This document shows, piece by piece, positions 24,331 through 37,786 of a DNA stretch of 64,000 nt; within the stretch, counting starts at the first letter, position 1, and the number at the start of each line of letters is the position of its first letter. The stretch is from the human T2T-CHM13v2.0 reference genome, Homo sapiens: the NCBI RefSeq assembly GCF_009914755.1, contig NC_060935.1. One strand, written 5' to 3'. Position numbers and translations under genes: made by a program. The notes under the pieces are model-generated. The model saw only the letters and a list, made by a program, of their open reading frames with translations, was not told where the DNA came from and did not search any database.

Positions 24331-25389
24331 TGGAAATATTGCTTTGCTCATCTTTGGAAAATACAATTTGTTGAAATGATAAAAAGAGTTTTAAAGGGAA
24401 CACTATACTGAAATTAATCCATAAACATACCTTTGTCTTCCCTCTGACTTGACATAGGTTAGGTCTTCTAACCACATGCAGGCTGCTGCTTATATATTTT
24501 GGTTAGCCTGTATGAAAGGCAAGATTTTGGATTATCTTGAACAATCAGAAATTCTAGCAATGCTGAGCTGAAATTCTTGCATATCAGCAATTTGCTGAAG
24601 CAGAGTAATAGCTGCTCTTTTAAAAGCGTGTGTACTCTCCCCTTTACCTTTTTACTGTAGACCTGTTTACTCGGTGGTTTTCCATGCATTTCAGCCCCTT
24701 TCATTACATGCCTGGTCCCCACAGATTTTTAATTTAGATCCTTGCCTAGGGGACTTGGCTGTCCCTAGTCCCACCACCTATGATGGTGAGAAAAAAAAAT
24801 CAGATCTCAAGTTGGGCTAAGAAGGTATAATATAAGTGAAACTGTTACATTTACTACATTTTAGAATGGGTTACGGGTCTACTGATGTTTGTTCTAAGTT
24901 TGCCTCCCTGAGAGCTTGTAGTGAGAACATTATTTGCTGTTAGCTCTAATTGTCTTTAATTTGAACAATGATCTGAGGAGGCTTTTTGGCATGGGTGTGA
25001 CAAACTGGGGCTTCAAGACCTGAGTTGCTAGAGGTGAAGGAAATTAGTTTGGTGAACTTAGAGCAAGGCTTTGTTAACCTGGGACCGGGAATTAGGGAGT
25101 CCATGAATCCCTGAAATTATATACATAATATTATGTATATATAAGTGTATGTATATACATTTATATATAATTTTATGTATGTGGATAGAGAGCACATATT
25201 TATACAGATTTCTCAAAGGGTCCTTGACCCCAAATGGTTAAGAATGTCTGTAATATCTAGAGGCAGAAATCAAAGCAGTGACAAAAGGCCTCAAGGATAT
25301 TTGTTGCATGGAGAAGCTGAATGAGACCTAGTAGGCAAAGGGCTGGAATCCAGGAGGTTAGCACACCAGAAATGTAGGCCTAGAAGCCA

Positions 25390-25910
25390 GAGAAAACTTA
25401 CCTGAAGTTGCTCTTGTCAAGGTCACCAATAACTTCCGTGTTGCTAAATCCAATGGTCAATTCTCAGCCCCCGCCTCACTTGACCTATCAGCCAGTTGAT
25501 CATTCTTCCTTCTGGAAATGATGCTTTCTTTTGGCTTCCAGGACTCCAAGTTCTCCTAGATTTTCTGTGTTTCACTGGCCACTCCTTGTTAATCTTCTTT
25601 AACTGGGTACTCTTCTATTCCCGGACTATAGAAGGTCCTGGGGCTTTTCTTCTCTATAAACATTCATGTCCTTATCTAGCCCCATGGATTTAAGTAAGAC
25701 TTACATCCTAAAGGTTTCCAAATTTCTCTCTTTCTGTAAATATTAGCTACAATAACTTTAACCTTTTTCATAACTTCATATTTAGATACCTAACTGCCTA
25801 CTCTTTACCTCTACTTGGGATGATTTAAAAGGATCCCAATCTTTTCCAGACTGAATTCTTCTTCCCCCTGCTCATCCCACCATGAGCTCCCCATCTCAGT
25901 GAAAGGGACC
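25390..25910 (+). mobile_element. L2 LINE fragment
   Basis: tgctcttgtcaaggtcaccaataacttccgtgttgctaaatccaatggtcaattctcag. Confidence 0.75.
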
Positions 25911-27314
25911 TCCAGACAGCATTGCCAAGAGTTCAGTGCCCGCACTTGCCTCACAAAACACTGCAGGCTTCCCTGCATTTTCCTTTGATTGAGTCAGGAC
26001 TGTCACAATCAAATCTGGGAGCCTAAATGAGATCCCCTGGCCAGTTCAATGTCTCCCACAGTTATTAATGGTGGACAGAAAAAACCCTGAGTTTCCTGCC
26101 CTTCCACAAAAGGGACCCCAAATAGGGGCAATTAAAATGTGGTCAGTAGCTGGCCCATGGTGCTGGAAATGTCAACCACAGCAGTCACCAAGAGGAGACT
26201 TTGAAGGACAGACACAAGTGATGTGAGCCCTCGGATTGCATTTATTTCAGAAGAAGCCTAGTGGGGGAGGAGTGTGAGGTGGAGGCTGTGAAGGCAGAAT
26301 ACGAACAAATCCAGAGTGTAACAGAATTTGAGGCAAATTCAGGCTGCGCAGGAGGCAGGCACCATTCCCCTGAGGGATGGTGTCAACATCCTTAATTGGG
26401 CACCGGCACCTCCTACAATTATTCTGCTAATGATCTGCAACAAAAGAAAAGAAAGGGCCCTGATGCACTTCTCCATGTGTCCCAGAAAAGCAAGCTTTCA
26501 GAGGTGAACATTACTTATAGAATGCTTAAAGGAACAGATGACAGGCTTGACGCAATCATTGTTATTATTTCTGATTCTCTGTGTAATTCTGCCATTTATA
26601 ATGTGATTTGAGAGGTTGCTATAAAGCAACACCTTCCTGTAACACATATAATATTCCTCTAGTCCAGGGTACAGCAAATGATAAATGTGATGCCCAGTGT
26701 TTTCCCCTTTCAGAAGGGCTCCTTACCTGCCGTTGTCCAGGCCCTGTGGGTTTAGAGCTTGGCATTTAAAAACCAGGTGGAAGTAATTTCTCTCTCTACC
26801 CTCTTAGCATGTTATCTAGCCCTCTACTAAATTCTCATGACTTTGCACTCTTTATTATAGTTACTTTTTTTTTTTTTTTGCTCTTGTTCCTGTACCTTCT
26901 CTCTTCTTACAGTTTGGACTTGTGGAAAGCAAGGACCATGTCTGATTTATCTTTGATTCTCTGGTATTTACCACAGTGCCTGAAACCCACAGATGCTTAA
27001 TAAATGTTTGCTGTGTAAATGAAAGAACGAAAAAGAATAAGTGAAGGCAGAGACTAAGTTTTAACAGTGAACATAATAGAAATAGCTACCATTTTCAAGT
27101 TCTTTCTACATGTTAGGGGTTATGCTAACATGTTGGACTCCAAAGCCAGGCAGAATAATCACTAGCCTGCATGAAATGGTCTGAAGAGTTCCTGAAAGCC
27201 CTTGGCCAGTCTGTCTGAAATGCATACTCTAAGTTTGCAAATGTGATACTCAAGTTGAAAGGCAAAATTGCAAAGGCAAAAGTGTTAACAGGAGATATGT
27301 CATATTAGCTTTGA

Positions 27315-27672
<358 letters not shown>

Positions 27673-27855
27673 TCAACTTTATAAATTAGGAAATTGAGAC
27701 ACAAAGTTCAGTACTTTGCTCATGTTCCCGCAGCTAGTGGGTGGTAAAGTCCAGGCTATGAACCCAGGCAGTCTGGCTCCAGACTCCTAACCACTCACTG
27801 TCTTAGGGCAGTCATTTCCTGGAGAAGGCATCAATGTACCCAGAAAATGGTACAC

Positions 27856-28179
27856 CAGTGGTACCCAACCTCTTTGGTACCAGGGACCAGTTTCATGGAA
27901 GACGATTTTTCCACAGATGGTGGGTGGGATGGTTTTGGGATGAAACTGTTACATCTCAGATTATCAGATATTAGATTCTCATCAGGAGCGTGCAACCTAG
28001 ATCCCTCACATGCACAGTTCACAATAGGGTTCACACTCCTATAAGAATCCAATGCCACCACCAATTTGACAGGAGGCGGGGCTCAGGCATTAATGCTCAC
28101 TCACCCTCTGCTCACCTCCTGGGTGCGGCCCGGTTCCTAACAGGCCACAGACCAGTAGCCCAGGAATTGGGGACCCCTA
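27856..28179 (+). mobile_element. MER1B hAT-Charlie element
   Basis: cagtggtacccaacctctttgg...ttggggacccct; perfect 8-bp TSD tggtacac (27848-27855, 28180-28187). Confidence 0.9.
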
Positions 28180-28329
28180 TGGTACACAATATCTTAAAAG
28201 AACTGTGTACAAAACAACTCAGTCTTGATGCTAAGGGGAAACGGAAAGGTGGGACGCTTGGGCATTGCTTGAAGTGACTTCTGAGTCAGAGTGTGTTGAG
28301 TTAGGAGGCTCTGTAGGGGTGGCAGCCAC

Positions 28330-28725
28330 TGTGGTGTGCAGCTCGGATCTCCTCAAGAGGACCTGCCATGGGGAGGTCGCTGGTCAACGGCTTTCATCCA
28401 TACATATTTAGGTCCATCCAAGCCTTCATGCTGCAGCCATGCTCTCCCAGGCTGCTCCCAGCCAGTGATGTAGGCATGGCAGGGGGACTGTGGCCTGGCC
28501 ATCCCTGTTCAGTGCAGATTTCTCTGGTGAGAAGGGTCTCCTTTCACCTGGTGCTGCCTCCTTCCTTCCCTCTCTCCTTTCATAGGTGTCAGACCTGTAC
28601 CAGGGACTGAAGCCTTCCCCACCTGCTCCTGCTCCTCTCCTTATATCCTTTACAGTGTTTCCCAAATAAACCTCCTGTACATCTCATTCTCTCTTGACAT
28701 TGGCTTCTCAGAGAACCTGAACTGA
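28330..28725 (+). mobile_element. ERVL-class LTR (LTR16-like)
   Basis: Ends cccaaataaacctcctgtacatctc...ggcttctcagagaacctgaactgaca. Confidence 0.55.
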
Positions 28726-28814
28726 CACATGAGAGACATAAAAGAAGTGAAAAAAATATATGGCTTTCTTGTTTTAATGATAATCTATTTAAGAAGATTA
28801 AATGTACATATTTA

Positions 28815-29267
<453 letters not shown>

Positions 29268-29389
29268 TTACAAAAATACATATGACTCAAAAGACAAAAA
29301 TAGTGGAGGGAATCCAGGCAAAGGGAAAATAAGGCTGGAGAGTGACTAGCAAAGGAAGACTGGGATGAGTGGGTGAGGCGTGAGGATCC

Positions 29390-29980
29390 ACTTGGAACCC
29401 CATAGCTGGTATGAAGATTATTTTAAGCTGAAGATGTTTGAAATTCAACAGATGCAGAAATAAGTTTTCTTGGAGCTTCCTTTATCTGATTAAAATCAGC
29501 AACTTCTGGGAAATGAGGCTGCCATAAATTCCCTCTTCAGGAGGGTCTACTTTCAGAAGGAAGAACTGAAATATACCTACCATAAATCCCCTGGAGTTTT
29601 ATGGCCCTGAAAAAGACCACTTGTAAGTACCTACAGAAACAAACATTGTCACAAACTTTCTTTTTCTTGTTCTCCTAAAAACCCAATTTGTCTTTCTTAA
29701 GAAAACGATTTGTTCTTCCCATAGGAAGAACTTCCCACTTCCTCCCCACCCCAACTTTAACTTTAATGAGCTAGTTACTTTAGTTACTTCTTTCGTTAGC
29801 TCATATGCATGTGAATAAACCTTTTTTCTCCTGTTAATCTGTATTTTATTATTTTAGTTTGCAGGCCCCAGCTCCTGAATCTAAAAGAGTCGTAGATTTT
29901 GCAAAAATCTTTGCATATGAAAAAATAAAAAATAAATTAAAAAAATAAAAGAGTGGTAGAAAAAGTTTTCTACCTCATGA
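29390..29980 (+). mobile_element. Probable ERV1-class LTR
   Basis: LTR-like 3' part (gaataaaccttttttctcctgttaatctgt...gcaggcccc...aaaagttttctacc); family not resolved. Confidence 0.45.
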
Positions 29981-30929
29981 CAAAAAGATCCATAGAGATT
30001 TGAGACCTTCTTAGTGACTGAGCAAAGAGGAGCATCTAGCCTTTATAGGACTCATTGAGTCTGTGGAGTAAAACCAATCTGGTTTCTCTAGAAGATGCAC
30101 TAATTTTCCTGTTGGAAAGACCTGGCGCCATGGGAAATACTCCCATGACTCCTCATCAGAAAGACCTTGTTGTATGCAGTGTGGAAGATGGTCCTAAACA
30201 ATACCCCATAAAAGCTACCATAGGATTTTGCCCAGGGCTGCTTTTCATGATATTCCACAGTGGAGAACAATTGCCTACCCTTGGGCAACTGTTCAGCAAA
30301 AGTGAATCTGTGGGCATCCAACTTATTGGTCTAAGAGCACAGCTATTTCATGTCCTAGTTTCATCCAGTGATAAAATTCATAATATGTAGATGAATGAAG
30401 AAATAAGGTATTTTTATTCATTGCTCCATTAACTTGATTTTTCATAAATCAGGCTCTCATATTGACTAAAATGTGGAAAAGCTCATGGTGGTAGCCTTTG
30501 GCAGGACCTTGAGGTATAACTACTACAAGTGACTACAAGGGGTAAATTCTTGTGCTTTGCCAATTCTTGTGCTGCCTGGAGAGGGCAGGGCTAAATTTAT
30601 CCTTTGAACATTAAGAGATTGAATTAAGACATGTGTCTGGAAGGGCCTTATGTGCCTGGGAGAACACATAAGCACTAAATCTGCATTTACAGGAGATGTG
30701 AAGTGAAAGAAGGGGGACGGGAACAAACCTTAGCCAACCTCACTACTGAAGATCTGTTTGGGGTTACAGTGAACCTAAGGGTAAAAATGGTATCTGGGGA
30801 CTTAAGACTATGAGTTAAGCACTGTCCCACTGTCGTTCATAATGTAGAAAATGGTTGCATTGCTCTTTTTCTCATGCACCCAAAATATGAAGAAGCCAAA
30901 CAGAAACTGATGCAAATTGATTTTGCTTG

Positions 30930-31324
30930 TGTCTTAGTCTGTTCTGTGCTGCTATAAAAGAATATTACAGACTGGGTAATTTATAAAAGAATATAAATTT
31001 ATTTCTCACAGTTCTTGAGGCTGAGAAGTCCAAAATCAAGGTACCAACATCTGATGAGCTGCTCCTTGCTTTCACAATGGCGACTTGAATGCCATGTTCT
31101 CTTGTGGGGAATGCTGTGTCCTCACACGGCAGAAGATGGAAGGGTAAGAAGAGGGATCGGCTCCCTCTGTCAAGGCCTTTTTTAAGGGCATCTAATTCCA
31201 TTCATGAGGGCAGAGCCCTTAAGACTCAATCACCTCCCAAAGGTCACATCTGCCAGTACATTGCTTTGAGGATTCAATTTCAACATGAATTTTGAAGGGA
31301 GACAAAAACATTCAAACCATAGCA
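30930..31324 (-). mobile_element. MST/MLT1A MaLR solo LTR
   Basis: tgtcttagtctgttctgtgctgctataa...aacattcaaaccatagca; TSD gcttg on both sides. Confidence 0.85.
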
Positions 31325-32332
31325 GCTTGCTTGTTTTTTGTTTGTTTGTTTGTTTGTTTTGAAAGGGGAAGACAGTATGGAATCACTTGCCATATTCAAG
31401 CAATTAATCAAATATTGAGGACCCTCTATTTTTCTTAGGGATGGGAGGAGGTGAGAATAAATAACACTAGGACTCTGTGAAAGGTCAGGAGCTCATAATG
31501 TGGTATGGAAGAGTTAGACCCATGAGATCCCTGATACACCAAAAAAGAAAATACTGTGGAAATATGAAAGGAAAGGTGCTGATTGTGTAAATGGCATCTA
31601 GGAAAGTTCCTGAGAAGATAATAGATTTAAGCTGGACCATGGAGGAATGAGCATAACTTGGAAAGACAGTTTGGGATGAATGAGTTGGCAATCAAAGGAG
31701 AAGGAATAGTTTGAGTGAGGTCAAGAAGCAGGGAGAGTGACAGAATACCTGAGAAACTACAAGCAGACCAACATAGGGCCTGAGTTAAATGGTGGTATTA
31801 TTATCTTGAAGAACATTCTTTAGGAAGCAGGGAATAGAGAGGCTTGGAATAAGCCACAAGTGGCAAACACTGGCCTCCCTAGACAACTGTTCCTAATGTA
31901 GCAGGATTCTCAAAATCAAAGCCTTTAGGGTTGAAAGGGGTAAAGATCCTCTCTCCCCTCCCCAGCACGCTACACTTGAGCGCCCTCGCCCAGAAACCTG
32001 ACCTGAAACCATTTAGCCCACATTCTCACTCCTTGCCAGCACACAACACTGCCTCCCTGCACCTTGACAGCCCTGCCCTCGGATGGTGCTTTCTTCCCCC
32101 AGGCTGAAATCTGTCTTTAAGTCCAGACTCATCAAGGCTCATTGCCCATCCACACAACAGTCTTCCAGACAGATGAGTACAGGCATCAGTTCCCTTCTAG
32201 CCAACCCCTGAATGTTCTATTTTCTGGATTAAATATGAGATTTCTTCAACAGTCCCCTAAGTGGTAAAATTTTAAATCCATTCTCCATTCTTCTTGTACT
32301 TTCTAATTTACTTATTTTTAAACTTTTATTCA

Positions 32333-32628
32333 AGCCAGGTGCAGTGGCTCATGCCCGTAATCTCATCACTTTGGGAGGGAAAGGTGGGAAGATCTGTTGA
32401 GACCAGGAGTTCAAGAGTAGCCTGGGCCACACATAGTGAGACCCCAACTCCAAAAAAAATTAAAATTAAAAAATCAGCCAGGCATAGTGGCATGGGCCTG
32501 AAGTCCCTCCCAGCTACTCAGGAGGCTGAGGCGGGAGGATTGCTCGAGCCCGGGAGTTCCAGGCTGCAGTGAGCTGCAATCACACCACTGTACTCCATCC
32601 TGGGAGACAGCAAGACCCAGTCTCTTAA
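32333..32628 (+). mobile_element. Alu (AluJ-like)
   Basis: Dimer containing gaggattgctcgagcccgggagttccaggctgcagtgag. Confidence 0.9.
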
Positions 32629-32665
32629 AAATTTTTTTGTCTATATTTTACTTATTTGTGTATTA

Positions 32666-32822
32666 GAGACCTGGTTTTGCTATGTTGCCCAGGCCAGAGT
32701 GCAGATGCTATTCGCAGGCTCGATTATAGCTCACTACAGTCTTGAACTCCTGGTCTCAAGCCATCCTCCCACTTCAGCCTCCTATGTAGCTGGGACTATA
32801 GGCGAGTGTCATCGCACCCAGC
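32666..32822 (-). mobile_element. FAM (fossil Alu monomer)
   Basis: Retains the 7SL-like segment gctattcgcaggc, which dimeric Alus lack. Confidence 0.7.
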
Positions 32823-34446
32823 TTCTTGTACATTCTTGTTCTCCTCTGAATATGTTCATTTATTTCTCCTAAAGTGAAGCTTTACTATTTGACACTCTGC
32901 CTTCCTCCTGCATGCTACTTTGCACTCCTTTAAGCACTGGGAATACAGCAGTGAAGAAAATAGATATGGCTATTGTTAATATGAGGGGTGGGAGTAGGTG
33001 GGGTGGAGGCAGGAGCGAACTAAGATTTGCTGATCATTTACTAAATACCAGACAGTATATACAGTATGCAAATAGCTGTATATATGTTATGTCTTATTCT
33101 TACAAGGATGGGATAATTATACCCATTTTGCAGATCAGTAAACTGAGGGTGAGGGAGATAAAATGGCTGGGCCAGTAAGTGGTGGAGCTGCGACTTGAAC
33201 CCATCTCTGTTTGATCCAAGACAGGCTGACAGTCATGTCAGAAGACAGCATTATGTCTTAAACATCTTTCCCCGCATTTAGCATGGTGTCTTGCATATAG
33301 TAGATGCTCAGTTTTAGAACACATTTTTAGGCCTGCCCTCTAAAGAGAGTGGTGACTCACTGTTATAAGCAAAGCCCCATTCCAACTGCATTTCCTCTCT
33401 CTTTCTCCTGCTCTCTTCCTCTTTCTCCCTCTGTCTCCCTCCCTCCCTCTGCTTCAAAACCACAAACTTTTCCACACGAATGATCTTTCACTTTTCTTGG
33501 TATGCTGCTGGGCCTCGATACTCTCAGCCTTCTGACAACCTATTAAATTATTATGTTCTGCCTTCACATGTTTTATGAGCTCTTTTCCAATGACCCAGCT
33601 CAAGAGATAATGGGAGGGTGGATATAGTTATGTTCATCCAGGACTGATGGTTGGGTCTGCTAGTCTTCAGTAATTTTCAACTGTAAGAAAAACAGAAACT
33701 CAACGGAACCCTTTTTTTTTTCTCCGATTTACATGGCCTCAAACAACTCTATTTCCCTCAGCCAGGCTAGAGTCCTAAGCTGCATAATTGCCTCCAGGCT
33801 GCTCTGACCTGGAGCCCCTTGTTGCTGGTGGCAAGAGAGTCAAGAAGAGCCCAGTCTGCTTCTCACTACACATCCACTTCATCGCCTGCCTCATCTTGCC
33901 TCTCACTTGAGTCTTGGTCAATGACAAAGTGGTAAAAGGTATCAATTCTGAGTGTCACTTTCCTCTCAAGGCTCTCAGACTTGGTTTATCTCTAAAGAAC
34001 ATTGTTTTACCTTAAGTGCCAGCACATTCTCTTTGACAATTCTATGAACTTTTCCCCTAAATTGAGGGTTTTCTTACTTTAGAAAGGAGAGAAGAAGGAA
34101 GGAAAGGAAGGAAGTGAGAGGGAAGAAGGGCAAGAGAACTAACATTTGCTGAACACCTAAGCTTCTTACGTGCGTAAGATCATTTAAATCCCCACAAAAA
34201 TTCACGTTCCCAGGATAAATACAAATGAAGAAATGGCAGTGCTGCACAAAGTCATGATACCGGATGGAGAGATGAGGGATTATATTTTGGAGATGTTTAT
34301 TGAATTTTCAGGGCTTTTGGGCCATAAGTGGAGATGCTCATTAGATAATTGGAAATAAAGAATAGGAGTTTGGAATATAGATCTGGGCTGGAGACATAGA
34401 GATCAGCAGCATAAAGCCTGTGTCATCGTCTTCTGAAACAGCTTAA

Positions 34447-34836
<390 letters not shown>

Positions 34837-35483
34837 AGTTGCTGAATTTTCAAAACCCCGGGGACTGTGACCTGGCTATCCTATATGGATCTTGCTCACA
34901 ATGTTAAGGGTAGGGGAGGCAGCCTAGGGAAACAGGCAGGAAGAGCTTAAGTGGAAGAGGCAATGAAATGAAAGGAAGAAATGAAAGGTCAACATCATGG
35001 AAAACCCTCATTGGAAGTGTCCATGCAGGGCATTCTCAAAACTTGAGGCAGCAAGTCCCCTTGTTTGTAGCATGAAAGGGAACAAGAAGGTTGTCGCAGC
35101 TGGGGGTGATGCCTGACATTCTTCTGTTCTCTTGTCCAGCCAGTACTTAGTATGACTTTGTGGTGACTGCCCAAACCTCTTCAGTACAGCACTGCTCAAA
35201 TCCTCTTTGAGTTTATTACCACACTGTTCATATGAGGGGGAAACAGAAAAGAAATAGAAAAAAGAAATAAAATGAGCACTTAATCAACAGGTGATTGCTT
35301 GCGTAAATTATTGTAAACTTGCTCCAGTGATATACTGGCTCCCTGAAAAAACTGAAGACCCTGATTTATAGTGTTTTCATTATATAAAAACTGAAAAGCA
35401 AAAAGAAGGTGAAGGATCTAAAGCTGAAGAATATAATGCCAGGAAAGGATGGTTTAATAATTTTAGAAAGACAGTTGGCTTTA

Positions 35484-35900
<417 letters not shown>

Positions 35901-35927
35901 TTATTAAAAATACATTTGTAGATATGG

Positions 35928-36230
35928 GGCTGGGCATGATTGCTCATGCCTGTAATTCCAGTACTTTGGGAAGCCGAGGCAGGTGGATCACCTGAGGTCA
36001 GGAGTTGGGAGACCAGCCTGGCCAACATGGCGAAACCCATCTGTACTAAAAATACAAAACTTAGCTGGGCATGGTGGTAGATGCCTGTAGTCCCAGCTAC
36101 TTGGAAGGCTGATGCAGGAGAATCACTTGAACGGTGGGGCGGAGGTTGCAGTGAGGCGAGGTCATGCCACTTCACTCCAACCTGGGAAAAAGAGTGAAAC
36201 TCCACCTCAAAAAAAAAAAAAAAAAAAAAA
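35928..36230 (+). mobile_element. Alu (AluS)
   Basis: Full dimer with poly(A) tail. Confidence 0.95.
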
Positions 36231-37786
36231 GAATCCGTAAATATGAAAAATCAATCTGCATAGTCACAACATCACTAAATTCCAGAACTGAATTTTTGAG
36301 AACAAATCACTTAGTTGCCTTAGGTACAACATGAGTGAGAGAATGCAGCCGCAATAAAATTTTTCCCCTGACCTTAGGACATTCTCTCAGGGTCAGAAAC
36401 ACAGATCTCCTAAGGCCTTTGGGCTTCCCTGTGGATCCAGAATTCCCACACAAAATGTAGTCAGTGTACCTCTGGACGAGCTATACTTGGGGTTTAACCA
36501 GTGAATTAACTTTGAAGAATGCCTCAACGTGAGTTAAAAATACATTCAGAACCTGTATGTTTTTCTAACATGATAGAGCATCTTATCCTTGCTGTTCTAA
36601 AAAATATATTAAAATACCAAAAGTGCATGAATTGCTGGAGGGAAAGGCAGAGTTGAGTTTGATTTTCCGCCTTGCCAACTCTAACCTCACCATCCTCCCT
36701 GGGGTCTGGGGAGTCCTTTCTCTCTGTCCTTTCTTAGGGAGTAGTTAGTGCAGCTGTGACATCATGCCACCTCCCAGATCGTGGAGAAACAACTGGGATG
36801 GTAAGATCTTCATGCACTGTGGCAATTTGGGGTAGGTTGAGGAAAACAGATTGTGTATGTATGTGCATGTATGTGCAGGGGTGTGTGTGTGTGTGTGTGT
36901 GTGTGTAGAGAGACAAAAAACAAGTGTATATGTGCACATGGGTGTGTGTGCCTGTGAGAGTATTTTATGATGTCTACTTTGAACCCAGACTAGCCTGTGT
37001 ACACTTGCCCTGATATATAGACAGAAACATGCAGAATTCAATTTTTTAAAAAATGACTTATGGGTAAGATATAGTGCTGGGAACTTTAGAAGAATAACAT
37101 GGGATTTCTTCTTTCAAGAGGGAAAAATACAGTCTACTATATGACGAAAGCACAAATAAACTTTTATAAAAGACAGAATTTATGTGTTAATATGTGTATC
37201 GTATCTGAACCAATGAGATCCCATTTCTGGACTGCATAAAGAAAGTTAAAATGAAAACCAAAATGTTGATGACCTCACTTCAAAATGAATAATTTATTCA
37301 ATAGATGTCTTGGTTTAAAAATAATGACCAAGCATTTTATCTCCTCTTTCTAATAAGTAATGTGAGAAAGATTTTTTAAAATTACATGTCTAAACCCAGA
37401 ACTGAAATAAGTTTGAATTGACTAAGACTGCATTTCTTATTTTGGAGAATAGGGGTAGGAAACACAAATTACGTTGAATTATGGTAAAGCAAAAGTAAAT
37501 ATATTTTTGCATGCCTGAGTGTGTGGCCTGAGAATTATTTACCATATAGAGTGCAGGAATTGTGTTTAAATAGATATTAATTTTATATATGTATAGTATA
37601 TACACACACATACACACACAACACTGAAGAAAAAGATTTTGGTGGTTTAAAACATAGGCAAAATTATGCAAGTTTTCAAACTAGGAAATGACGCAGTGGT
37701 TTTCAAACTAGGATAAGTATTGGTATTAACTGGAGAGCTTTATAAAATATTGATGCCTGGGTCTTATCCCCAAAGATTCTGATTTA

